Assembly: GCA_028281495.1 (NCBI GenBank)
Contig: JANQJU010000002.1
Location: 4,010-68,009 of the forward strand
Direction of reading: 5' to 3'
DNA: 64,000 bases
Source: SAR324 cluster bacterium
GTDB taxonomy: Bacteria > SAR324 > NAC60-12
Shown: positions 1 through 8,527 of the stretch, in pieces
How positions within the stretch are numbered: the stretch's first letter is position 1
Layout: each line of letters starts with the position of its first letter
Notes under the pieces: generated by a model
Told to the model about the DNA's origin: nothing
What the model saw: only the letters and a program-made list of their open reading frames with translations
Database searches by the model: none
Translations under genes and position numbers: made by a program

Positions 1-872
1 ACGGGTTTGTTGCGTTGGGTTCGGACGGAAGGAGGTTCGATTCCATGATCAATGGAGTTCCGCATCAGGTGGGTCAAAGGGTCTTTGATTGCTTCGATGA
101 TGGTCTTATCGAGATCCGTGTCGGCCCCTTTCATGTCAATTTTGATCTTTTTTCCCGAACTTTGTGCGATGTCACGGGCCATCCGAGGAAACTTCATCCA
201 GATATTACCAATGGGCTGCATCCGAGTTTTCATGACTTGTTCTTGGAGTTCGGTGGTAATCAAGCTCAACCCTTGGGCTGCGGTATTGAACGCCGTGTTT
301 TCCTGAATATTGGTGAATTGCATGATTTGGTTTCGGGTGAGGATCAACTCCCCGACCAAGTCCATCAGTTTATCCAACAGCTGAACATTGACCCGAATAC
401 TGGTGTCCGCACTGGCCCCGGTTTCTGAAGGAGCTGTTTCACTATCAGCAAGTGTTTCGGTTGGAGCAGTTTCAGGTTCCATTGCATTGACTTTGTGAGT
501 GAGTGCGTTCAAGCGTTCAATCAATGCACTGAAATCGGCGTCTCCTTCAGAGAGATTTTTTTCAACACTGGCGAGGTGGGTTCGGATGGCGTCTTCTACC
601 GCGAGAAAGACTGAAGTGACATCCGAGGTGATCAAGACACCTTCCGCACGAAATTTGGCGAGCAAGCTTTCCGCCGCATGGGCCAAGCCTTCAAGTTTGC
701 TGAATTCCAAAAAAACAGAAGAGGCTTTGATCGTATGGAATGTACGAAAAATCCGGTCCATCAGTTCCTTGGAATCAGGATTCTTCTCCATGCCTAATAA
801 ATCTTGATCCAGACGATCTAGGTTCTCGTAACATTCCTCAAGAAAGTCTTTGAGATCTTCTTCCATATCAAA
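1..872 (-). CDS. cheA: Chemotaxis histidine kinase CheA, N-terminal ~290 aa (HPt, linker, dimerisation region, start of ATPase domain). The C-terminal part lies beyond the left edge.
   Basis: Absent from the ORF track because no stop lies in the window. Hand translation of the minus strand gives FEECYENLDRLDQDLLGMEKNPDSKELMDRIFRTFHTIKASS (HPt phospho-His motif), SIRVNVQLLDKLMDLVGELILTRNQ and DPLTHLMRNSIDHGIE (N-box). Plus-strand ORFs 15..428, 52..306 and 499..807 are its shadows. The start is ambiguous: TTG 872 is in frame, while the SD-optimal ATG 867 is out of frame (see findings). Confidence 0.8.
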
Positions 873-956
873 TCCTCTTAGGCGGACTTTGCAATAAGGG
901 GCTTTAAAACAAATGCTAACTTGTACTCTGCTAATAGCGTTAGTGCAAGTGTTTTA

Positions 957-1038
957 CAATTAAAATAACAACAAAAAAACAAATTAATAAAAACCAAATA
1001 ATCACAAAAAAACAACAAAAAATAAAATTTCCAAAATA
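957..1038. repeat. A/T-rich low-complexity tract with repeated AACAACAAAA units in the divergent promoter region between cheA and the hybrid kinase gene
   Basis: Read directly: taaaataacaacaaaaaaacaaattaataaaaaccaaataatcacaaaaaaacaacaaaaaataaaatttcc. Related tracts occur at 15613-15651, 43055-43083 and 52176-52200. Confidence 0.5.
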
Positions 1039-1140
1039 GAATGAACCAGCTATGATTCATTTAACTAAGGTTGGATTCACTAATTATCGCTTCATGTAAT
1101 GATATTCAAACGATAAAGTATAAATCAATGAGAAATCGAT

Positions 1141-2757
1141 ATGAGCCATGATCCCATTTCCATCCTTATAGTCGACGACGATACGTCTTCTTTACTCAGT
1201 TTGGAGCGATGGCTAAGAACCTTAGATTTATGCATTGTATCGGCACAATCCGGTTCAGAAGCCTTGGGATTATTAGCTGAGAGAGATTTTGCAGTCGTTT
1301 TATTAGATGTTTATATGCCAAAAATGGATGGTCTCGAAGTTGCGAGTTTGATGAGGCAGTCGAAGTCAACACGTCAAATTCCGATTATTTTTATTACAGG
1401 AACTAATCTTGATAGTTATAAAACAATTGAAGGATATCAGGCAGGTGCAGTGGACTACCTAACCAAACCGCTCAATCCTCATGTGATGTGCAGTAAGGTT
1501 AAGGTTTTTATCGAACTTCATCGCCAAAAACGGCAATTGCAATGGGAAATTCAGAAGCGTGAAGAGGCTGAAGCACGATTACGTCAAGCCAAAGAAGCTG
1601 CCGAAGCAGCGAGCCGAAGCAAGTCCCAATTTCTCGCCAACATGAGTCATGAGATTCGGACTCCTCTGAATGTGATCATTGGTCTGAGTGAGGCGTTGGC
1701 AGTTCCCCAATCCCAACAAATTTTGAATGACGATTTTCGGGACAAACTGCAAAAAATCCAAACCAGTGGAAAAAATTTAGCCCGATTAATCAATAACGTT
1801 CTTGATTTATCGAAAATCGAGGCCAATCGGATGGAACTTGTGGAAGAAGTGTGTGATCTGCGCAACTTCGTGAAAGATTTTTATTCCACACAAGAATTTT
1901 ATGCCGAACAAAAAGAGGTGGTATTCACCTATCGGATTTCTCCTCAAGTTCCTCAAGAAGTCGTGTTGGACCTAGGAAAATTGCTACAGATTCTGACCAA
2001 CTTGGTCGGAAACGCGATTAAATTCACGCCACCTTATCAACAGGTGTTGTTAAAAATATTCATGGAAAATAAAAGAAGTTTAGGAATTCGTGTCATAGAC
2101 GAAGGTATCGGCATCCCTGCCATCCGACAGGAAGAGATTTTCGAGCCGTTTGAGCAAGGGGATCCTTCCACATCACGCCAATATGGAGGTACCGGATTGG
2201 GATTGGCTATCACTCGGAGGATGGTTGAATTGATGCAAGGCACCATTCACCTGAATAGTGAGGTCGGAACTGGTTCAGATTTCACTGTATTGCTTCCTGT
2301 CCGCCACGCTCCGGACAAATCTGTCAGCACCCACCCATCGCTTTCCAAAAAAAATCAGTTCGCCTCTGATAACTTGGTTGTCGTTGTTGAAGACAACCCA
2401 CTGAATCGAGATGTGATGCAAGCCTATATGAACAACTTTGGCATCCCGGTTCAGTTTGCCTCTGATGGCAAACTAGGCGTGGATCTTGTGATCACTTTAT
2501 TATCTCAACAACAAGCACCCGACCTCGTGTTGATAGACTGGCAGATGCCGGAAATGGACGGTCTGCAAGCGATCCGCCAGATTCGTCAACATCCACTCGG
2601 CACAAACCTTCCCATTGTGCTTGTCTCTGCTGAGGCCTTCCCCGAACAAAAAGCCATTGCTCTGAATTCAGGAGCCAATGACTACCTCACCAAACCCATC
2701 AGCGGTAAAGGGTTAGAACGCATTTTCCTTCAATACCTGAAACCTACTACGCTCTAA
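1141..2757 (+). CDS. Hybrid sensor kinase, REC-HisKA-HATPase-REC
   Basis: 538 aa. N-terminal receiver (ILIVDDD, LLDVYMPKMDG, YLTKP). Coiled coil. H-box FLANMSHEIRTPLN. ATPase boxes LVGNAIKFT, DEGIGIP, GGTGLGLAI. Second receiver at the C-terminus (VVVVEDNPLN, LIDWQMPEMDG, YLTKP). Confidence 0.9.
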   Translation: MSHDPISILIVDDDTSSLLSLERWLRTLDLCIVSAQSGSEALGLLAERDFAVVLLDVYMPKMDGLEVASLMRQSKSTRQIPIIFITGTNLDSYKTIEGYQAGAVDYLTKPLNPHVMCSKVKVFIELHRQKRQLQWEIQKREEAEARLRQAKEAAEAASRSKSQFLANMSHEIRTPLNVIIGLSEALAVPQSQQILNDDFRDKLQKIQTSGKNLARLINNVLDLSKIEANRMELVEEVCDLRNFVKDFYSTQEFYAEQKEVVFTYRISPQVPQEVVLDLGKLLQILTNLVGNAIKFTPPYQQVLLKIFMENKRSLGIRVIDEGIGIPAIRQEEIFEPFEQGDPSTSRQYGGTGLGLAITRRMVELMQGTIHLNSEVGTGSDFTVLLPVRHAPDKSVSTHPSLSKKNQFASDNLVVVVEDNPLNRDVMQAYMNNFGIPVQFASDGKLGVDLVITLLSQQQAPDLVLIDWQMPEMDGLQAIRQIRQHPLGTNLPIVLVSAEAFPEQKAIALNSGANDYLTKPISGKGLERIFLQYLKPTTL

Positions 2758-2904
2758 TTTTTTTTGCGACATTTCCTCTTCAACAGAGAAAAATTCAAAC
2801 TTGACTAGAAAACCGATCTGAAACAAGCCACAGAAGGGCTGCCTACCCAAGTCATTTGGAAGAAGCCTTAAGTTGAAGTTGGTTTCGTAAAACCCTTATC
2901 TAGA

Positions 2905-3327
2905 ATGGTTGTGAGAAAAAAAATTCTGCTCCTGTGTGCTCCATGCCTCCTTTGTATTGTGGCTGGGGTTCAGCGTTATCTCGCTTTCTCAGAAGATTTC
3001 GGTTCCTGGAAAGGGGCTGGTTTTGGCATGTTTGCCTCGATTGAGGCTCCAAAAAGCCGGGTCATCGGAGTGACCCTTGTCCAACAAGATGGGCAAGAAA
3101 TTCCGTGGATTTTCCCCCCTCAGTGGGAACGTCGTCGCCGAGAGTTAGTTTTATGGCCTTCCGAATCCCGACTGAATTCGTTTGCTCACGATCTGGCATC
3201 GCTGCACTCTGAACCTGTATCGAAGGTCCGGATTCAAGTGTGGCAGTACCACTTCGATTCCAATTCCTTGGAGTATCGTCGCTCGCTTCTCAAGCAACAT
3301 ATTGTCACTCCTTTACCTTCCACTTGA
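2905..3327 (+). CDS. Hypothetical exported or membrane-anchored protein
   Basis: 140 aa with an N-terminal hydrophobic signal/anchor (ILLLCAPCLLCIVAG). No domain recognised. Lies 31 nt upstream of the next membrane-protein gene. Confidence 0.55.
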   Translation: MVVRKKILLLCAPCLLCIVAGVQRYLAFSEDFGSWKGAGFGMFASIEAPKSRVIGVTLVQQDGQEIPWIFPPQWERRRRELVLWPSESRLNSFAHDLASLHSEPVSKVRIQVWQYHFDSNSLEYRRSLLKQHIVTPLPST

Positions 3328-3358
3328 ATCCCCCATTTTCTTTCGCGTTTGAAACAGC

Positions 3359-4252
3359 ATGGTGCTCTCGATCTTTTCTCAGAAACTGAAGTTTCAAAAA
3401 CTCAAAGAGGTTTATCAGCAGGTGGTTCATCAAGACCCGTTGGAGTGGGTTCTTCAGTGGACGCTGTTGCTATTGATCCTTTTTGTGGACACGCCGTGGG
3501 ACACCCGTTTGGCGGTTGTCAGTTGGTGCTTGTGTGGATTTGTTTATCGCCCATGGAGATTCAATGCGTGGTATTGGTGGGGGCTTGCAGGAGTGCTATT
3601 TGGGTTCAATTTTTTTCATTGGGCGTTTTCCGACAATCATCGGCATTTGATGGCTTATTGGTGTTTGGCCATCGGATGCTCATTGAAATTATCTCAACCG
3701 ATACAAGCATTAGCACTGAACGCACGCTTATTGATCGGCTTATTGTTCCTCTTTGCAACCCTATGGAAAGCGAGTTCTGCAACTTATATGGATGGCAGTA
3801 TGTTCCATTTCCTGTTGTTGGCTGATACCCGATTTCCTGAAGTGAGCAGCGCTTTTGGGCTGACCTCGGCAATGTGGAACAGCAATCTTGAAGCACAACA
3901 ACAGATTCATCAGATGCCGGAGCTTATCCGGTTTCAAAGCACACCCCTGATGGAGCCGTTGGCTCAATTTCTCACGTGGTGGACTTTATTGATCGAAGCT
4001 TTGGTTGCCCTTTGTTTCTTATGGCCCGATCGACAACCGATGAATCGGTGGCGACACTCCGTATTGTTCGCATTCATCATCACGACATATCCGATTGCAG
4101 GGATCTCTGGATTTGCATGGTTGCTCTTGGTGATGGGGCGAATCCAATGCAGGCCAGGATTGAAGAAAACCCACTTGGGATACATCCTCTTGCTTTTGCT
4201 GACGTTTTTGTTCTGGGACGGATATTTGAAGAGATACTGGGTGGGAATGTGA
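3359..4252 (+). CDS. Polytopic integral membrane protein, function unknown
   Basis: 297 aa with many W/F/L-rich hydrophobic segments. Preferred over the overlapping alternative frame 3349..3825. Confidence 0.6.
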   Translation: MVLSIFSQKLKFQKLKEVYQQVVHQDPLEWVLQWTLLLLILFVDTPWDTRLAVVSWCLCGFVYRPWRFNAWYWWGLAGVLFGFNFFHWAFSDNHRHLMAYWCLAIGCSLKLSQPIQALALNARLLIGLLFLFATLWKASSATYMDGSMFHFLLLADTRFPEVSSAFGLTSAMWNSNLEAQQQIHQMPELIRFQSTPLMEPLAQFLTWWTLLIEALVALCFLWPDRQPMNRWRHSVLFAFIITTYPIAGISGFAWLLLVMGRIQCRPGLKKTHLGYILLLLLTFLFWDGYLKRYWVGM

Positions 4253-4264
4253 CTCATAGGGATG

Positions 4265-4855
4265 TCACGAAGAGGTCAGTTCTTTTTTTCCAAGACCTAA
4301 CAGAAAAAGCTCAACACTCTCTTTGCGGGAACTTTTGGGTTTGCAGATTTTCACCTGAGCATACTGCTGCTGAAACAACTGACGCAACTCCTGGAATGGG
4401 CCGCCTTGGAAGGCCTTTACCAGCAACGTCCCCCCTGGTTTGAGATGGATCGATGCCATGGATAGGGCTTGTTCACACAGATTGAAGGAACGCTGGGCAT
4501 CCACCGACACAATACCCGTGGTTTTCGGAGCCATATCACTAACGATAAGATCATAAGGTTCGGCGAGTTCCCCTTCCGGTTTCCAATCAAAAATGTCTCC
4601 TTGAATCACATTGACATTCGAGGGAAGTTTCACCGTAATGGGCGATAAATCGATCCCAACGGCCTTCCCTTCATTGCCAATTTTCTTAGCAATGAATTGT
4701 AGCCAGGACCCTGGCGCACATCCTAAGTCCAACACTCGATACCCTCTTTTGAGTAGATGATGTTTTTGATCTATTTCTTCTAGTTTGTAGACAGCGCGAG
4801 CCGCAAACCCATCCTTCTTGGCTTTATGAAAATAATGATCTTTCACCTTTTTCAT
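4265..4855 (-). CDS. rlmE: 23S rRNA (uridine-2'-O)-methyltransferase RlmE/FtsJ
   Basis: 196 aa. Motifs match FtsJ: ARAVYKLEEID, VLDLGCAPGSW, SDMAPKTTG, LKPGGTLLVKAFQG, KPKSSRKES. Confidence 0.9.
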   Translation of the reverse strand: MKKVKDHYFHKAKKDGFAARAVYKLEEIDQKHHLLKRGYRVLDLGCAPGSWLQFIAKKIGNEGKAVGIDLSPITVKLPSNVNVIQGDIFDWKPEGELAEPYDLIVSDMAPKTTGIVSVDAQRSFNLCEQALSMASIHLKPGGTLLVKAFQGGPFQELRQLFQQQYAQVKICKPKSSRKESVELFLLGLGKKELTSS

Positions 4856-4864
4856 TGCTTCCTT

Positions 4865-6271
4865 TCACATCAGTCCGTTGTCGGCCAGGCTAAAAAAATG
4901 GTCATTCCCTATAATTACATGATCTAAAATTGGGATTCCTATCGTGCTCCCTACGGTTTTCAAGCGCCGAGTTACCTCGACATCTTGCTTTGATGCTTTT
5001 GGGTCTCCTGACGGGTGGTTATGGACACAGATAATTGCAGCTGAACGTTTCTCAATAGCTTTGCTGAACACTTCACGAGGGTGAACCAAGCTTTTATTAA
5101 GTGTTCCTATGGTGACGGTTAAATCCATCAAGTATTGGTGTTTGTTATCAAGCAGTACCACGATGAAGAGTTCTTGTTTAACATCTCTCAAACGGAACCG
5201 AAAATGCTGGAAAATATCAAAGCTGGATCCAAACTGACGCCCGGCCTTGAGAGGGGTTTCATTGTACCGTTTGCAAAGTTCTACAAAGGCCTTCAACTTT
5301 TCGCCAAGGTACGGTGTCTTGGAAAATGCGTGGTTGATTTCAAAAATACTTTGAGTATCCAGATGTCGAAGCGATTTTTCGTTTGGTAAGAATTGTTGAA
5401 GTAGGTTCATTTCTGGTTCACTCAGTCCAAAGATCCAACCGAGCAAGTCTGAGGTGGTGGCTTCCGATTCCTTTTCTTTTTGGAGTGCTTGAGCCATTCC
5501 TTCGTTTCCTATTCTTGCAGAATCTCCTTGATGCCAGAGACATTCTGGTTGTAACGGACACTGCGAACAATTCGGAGTATCTCCACAAAAGCCAGGTACC
5601 TCCAAATGGGCCAATTCTCCAGCAAACAATTCTGCCAAACCATTGATGTCCATTTTGGAATATTCAGTGATCGTTGCCCAGCCTTCGCATAATTCTTCCC
5701 AATGTTCAGGCATTGCGTCATTCAAAGGTTCCGTTCCTAAGGTGTAACGATACCAAGCCCGATAGGCGGGCCAGCTGTTCACGACCAGCTTGCCTTGTTG
5801 ATACAATAGGTTTTTGGCAGCCCACGCATGACCTTCTGGAAACACGCGATACCACTGTTTCCAATGAGATGAAGTCCACGATTCCACACGTTCCAATCCC
5901 TCTTTTTTGTCAAGTATCAAGAAGAAGGATTTTAAGTGGGGGAGCAATTTTTGATAATGATCCGGACTGAGTGTGGCACACTTTTTCAGTTCCCGGAGCA
6001 TCAACTCATCTGTGAAATAATAGGGATCAATGAAATGGTTTAGCTCATACAAGGGACGCAGTTCGCGAATTGCTGAGGTAGGGTGTGTTGGAATGTTCAG
6101 CAACGGAAGCAAACAATCAACAAAGGCTCGATAGAGCTGAGAGATTGGGAGGTTTGTTTGGGATTGGATAGTCCGAAGAAAATAGTTTTCCAGTAGCCTA
6201 CGATTCGGCAGTGTTTCATACCAAGCTCTCACTCGTTCAAAGAACAGAAATTCGGACATAGGAACTATCAA
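4865..6271 (-). CDS. RadC-like JAB/MPN domain protein with an atypical ~320-aa N-terminal extension carrying a MutY/EndoIII-like Cys cluster
   Basis: 468 aa. The C-terminal 150 aa carry the RadC JAMM signature (ICVHNHPSGDPKASKQDVEVTRRL). The N-terminal part contains CGDTPNCSQCPLQPEC (nt 5540-5587). The start overlaps the stop of the upstream gene (6268-6271). Confidence 0.75.
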   Translation of the reverse strand: MIVPMSEFLFFERVRAWYETLPNRRLLENYFLRTIQSQTNLPISQLYRAFVDCLLPLLNIPTHPTSAIRELRPLYELNHFIDPYYFTDELMLRELKKCATLSPDHYQKLLPHLKSFFLILDKKEGLERVESWTSSHWKQWYRVFPEGHAWAAKNLLYQQGKLVVNSWPAYRAWYRYTLGTEPLNDAMPEHWEELCEGWATITEYSKMDINGLAELFAGELAHLEVPGFCGDTPNCSQCPLQPECLWHQGDSARIGNEGMAQALQKEKESEATTSDLLGWIFGLSEPEMNLLQQFLPNEKSLRHLDTQSIFEINHAFSKTPYLGEKLKAFVELCKRYNETPLKAGRQFGSSFDIFQHFRFRLRDVKQELFIVVLLDNKHQYLMDLTVTIGTLNKSLVHPREVFSKAIEKRSAAIICVHNHPSGDPKASKQDVEVTRRLKTVGSTIGIPILDHVIIGNDHFFSLADNGLM

Positions 6272-7101
6272 CGAACGAGTTCGGCACTAGCAATCATGAA
6301 CACTCTCACGGAAACAACGGACCGGATCAAATTTTTTAACTCGTCTTGAGGGTAGCTCAACTGCCGAGCAACGTGTTGCACGATGACCAGTTCTCGCTCA
6401 TCCAAGTCATCATCGCTGACGGTAATTTCTACCAGATATCGCAAAACTTGTGTTGCCAACTCGTGGTCGAATTGAACGACAGGTAACTCTTCCAGCGGCA
6501 CGTGTCTCACATCTTGCTTCAAATTCTCGATCAGCTTTTGATCTCCATCCAATAGCTCGTAGATATCATTGAAATAAATGATTTCATTTTTGTCGATTTT
6601 GCCATCAGCATAAATGGACTTCAACACGACCGTTGCCAGCCAACGGCGTTGCCCCTCATTTAAGGCTTTTAGAAGTTCGTTGAAAAATTCGATTTTGACG
6701 TGTCGGACCATCGAATGAATCAGCTTATGAACACGGAGCACGCTGATATTGAGGGACATTCCGACATGGTTGATGTAACGAATTTCTTCCGGAACCAATT
6801 CGTGGTCACAGGCACAGATCTCCATGACCGTGCGTAACACCCGTTCAGCTAATTTAGAGGACATGGAAATAGGCTCCAAATCAGGAGGAGTGTTTCCTTT
6901 TAAGATGGTTCGCAATTCCATTAACGCCGAGGAATTTCCTTGAAATTCATCGAACATTTTTTCAATGTGAATCTTTTCGTTCGTGTGAACGAAATCATCT
7001 GCCATCACGGCTCCCGCAAGAGCCTTGGCGATCCATAATTTGGTTTTTGGCGAAAGTTCTTCTCCATTTTCGGTTTTGAATGACATCAGCCGCTTCACCA
7101 T
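6268..7101 (-). CDS. Hypothetical protein with three TerB-like (tellurite-resistance/DjlA-N-like) helical repeats
   Basis: 277 aa. Three repeated modules: AGAVMADDFVHTNEKIHIEKMF, SIYADGKIDKNEIIYFNDIYELL and ITVSDDDLDERELVIVQHVARQL. Translationally coupled to the RadC-like gene. Confidence 0.5.
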   Translation of the reverse strand: MVKRLMSFKTENGEELSPKTKLWIAKALAGAVMADDFVHTNEKIHIEKMFDEFQGNSSALMELRTILKGNTPPDLEPISMSSKLAERVLRTVMEICACDHELVPEEIRYINHVGMSLNISVLRVHKLIHSMVRHVKIEFFNELLKALNEGQRRWLATVVLKSIYADGKIDKNEIIYFNDIYELLDGDQKLIENLKQDVRHVPLEELPVVQFDHELATQVLRYLVEITVSDDDLDERELVIVQHVARQLSYPQDELKNLIRSVVSVRVFMIASAELVR

Positions 7102-7266
7102 AAATCACTCTCTTTTATCGTTAGTAACCTAAGCATTAAGTTTTTCCGCATTATCGACTGTCAAAAACTTGGAGGAGTGACAATCGATATTGCAAATGCT
7201 GCATTTTTGTTTAATGATAAAGCCTCCTTTAACCCTCCTTTTTCATGCATCTTTACAAAAATCGGA

Positions 7267-8172
7267 ATGACAGACAAATCAATTGGTACCCGCTACCTCG
7301 AAACGATTGGCAACACCCCTCTCCTTCGATTAGACACCCTTTGTCCCACTGGAAATTTATTTGCAAAAGCTGAATGGTACAATCCAGGTCGATCCGTTAA
7401 AGACCGTCCCGCCTATAACATGATTATGGAAGCGATTGCTTCTGGAGATTTTACAAAAGAGAAAACACTGTTGGACGCAACTTCCGGAAATACCGGAATT
7501 GCCTACGCAATGATTTGTGCGGCCTTGGGATATAAAGTCAAACTTTGTATGCCTGGAAATGTCACCAAATCTCGTGTCCGCATTATTACTTTATATGGAG
7601 CGGAGTTGGTACTCACGGATCCCAAGCTAGCGTCGGACGGAGCGATCATTGAAGCCCAACGATTGTATAAAGAAGACCCCGATGCTTATTTTTATCCAGA
7701 TCAATACAAAAACGACAATAACTGGAAGGCGCATTTCAAAAACACGGGCCCGGAAATATACCAGCAGACGCATCAAAAGATCACTCACTTCGTGGCGGGG
7801 TTAGGCACGTCTGGAACTTTCATGGGCACAGGACGTTATCTGAAATCGGTTAACCCTGATATCGAAATAATAGAGGTTCAGCCGGATTCACCGTTTCATG
7901 GTTTAGAAGGCTGGAAGCATATGGACTCTGCTATTGTTCCCAAATTTTACGATCCCGACTTCGCAGATCGTAAAATGATATGCCGTACCGAGGATGCCTA
8001 CAGAGTTGCCAAGCTGGCCGCGTTAAAAGAGGGGTTGCTTATTGGTATTTCTGGAGGAGGAACATTAGACGCCGCCTTAAAAGTAGCCGCAGAAAATCCT
8101 GAAGGAATTGTTGTAACAATCATCCCAGACAACGGGGACAAATATTTGGACGAACGTTTTTGGGACGATTAA
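7267..8172 (+). CDS. cysM: PLP-dependent cysteine synthase of the CysO-thiocarboxylate-dependent CysM type
   Basis: The ORF track opens at GTG 7177. ATG 7267 gives the usual ~15 residues before IGNTPLL. Motifs: NPGRSVKDRPA (PLP Lys), TSGNTGIA, ITHFVAGLGTSGTFMGTGRYL. These closely parallel my recollection of M. tuberculosis CysM. A CysO-like gene follows immediately. Confidence 0.8.
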   Translation: MTDKSIGTRYLETIGNTPLLRLDTLCPTGNLFAKAEWYNPGRSVKDRPAYNMIMEAIASGDFTKEKTLLDATSGNTGIAYAMICAALGYKVKLCMPGNVTKSRVRIITLYGAELVLTDPKLASDGAIIEAQRLYKEDPDAYFYPDQYKNDNNWKAHFKNTGPEIYQQTHQKITHFVAGLGTSGTFMGTGRYLKSVNPDIEIIEVQPDSPFHGLEGWKHMDSAIVPKFYDPDFADRKMICRTEDAYRVAKLAALKEGLLIGISGGGTLDAALKVAAENPEGIVVTIIPDNGDKYLDERFWDD

Positions 8173-8218
8173 TTATTAATGGAGCCTGACCGATTCAGGC
8201 ATTAAATGAAGGAGTAGT

Positions 8219-8497
8219 ATGTCAGTAATCATTGAGATGCCCTCAGCTTTGCAAAAATACACGAACGATGAAGAAGAAGTCGAAGTGAATGCTTCCTCAG
8301 TCAAAGAAGCTTTTGGAGCGTTGGCAGAAAAATATCCTGAAGTGAAACAACATTTGTATGACGAAAACGGAAAGATCCGTAGCTTCATCAACGTATATTT
8401 GAATGATGAAGATATTCGCTATGCAGAAAATCTCGAAACCTCGGTGCAAGACGGGGACAATATCCAAGTCGTGCCATCCATTGCTGGGGGCAAATAA
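8219..8497 (+). CDS. cysO: MoaD/ThiS-family sulfur-carrier protein, CysO-like, ending in GGK
   Basis: 92 aa. FINVYLNDEDIRYAENLETSVQDGDNIQVVPSIAGGK parallels Mtb CysO [36 protein letters not shown]. One extra Lys follows the GG (codons 8486-8494). Confidence 0.8.
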   Translation: MSVIIEMPSALQKYTNDEEEVEVNASSVKEAFGALAEKYPEVKQHLYDENGKIRSFINVYLNDEDIRYAENLETSVQDGDNIQVVPSIAGGK

Positions 8498-8527
8498 TCA
8501 CCCACCTTCTAATCGTGAGGAGGCGAA

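Noticed and set aside
33-47. tRNA-like T-loop sequence GGTTCGATTCC near the left edge
   Set aside because: The flanks cannot form a T-stem (GGAGG against CCATG) and no acceptor or anticodon arms are evident. The segment lies inside the minus-strand cheA reading frame (it encodes ...HGIEPP...).
15-807. Plus-strand ORFs 15..428, 52..306 and 499..807 from the ORF track
   Set aside because: They are antisense shadows of the clearly recognisable minus-strand CheA coding sequence. They have no motifs or RBS of their own.
3349-3825. Alternative-frame 158-aa ORF overlapping 3359..4252
   Set aside because: The 297-aa frame is longer and shows regular hydrophobic TM-like segments. The alternative frame is Cys/Val/Gly-rich without structure.
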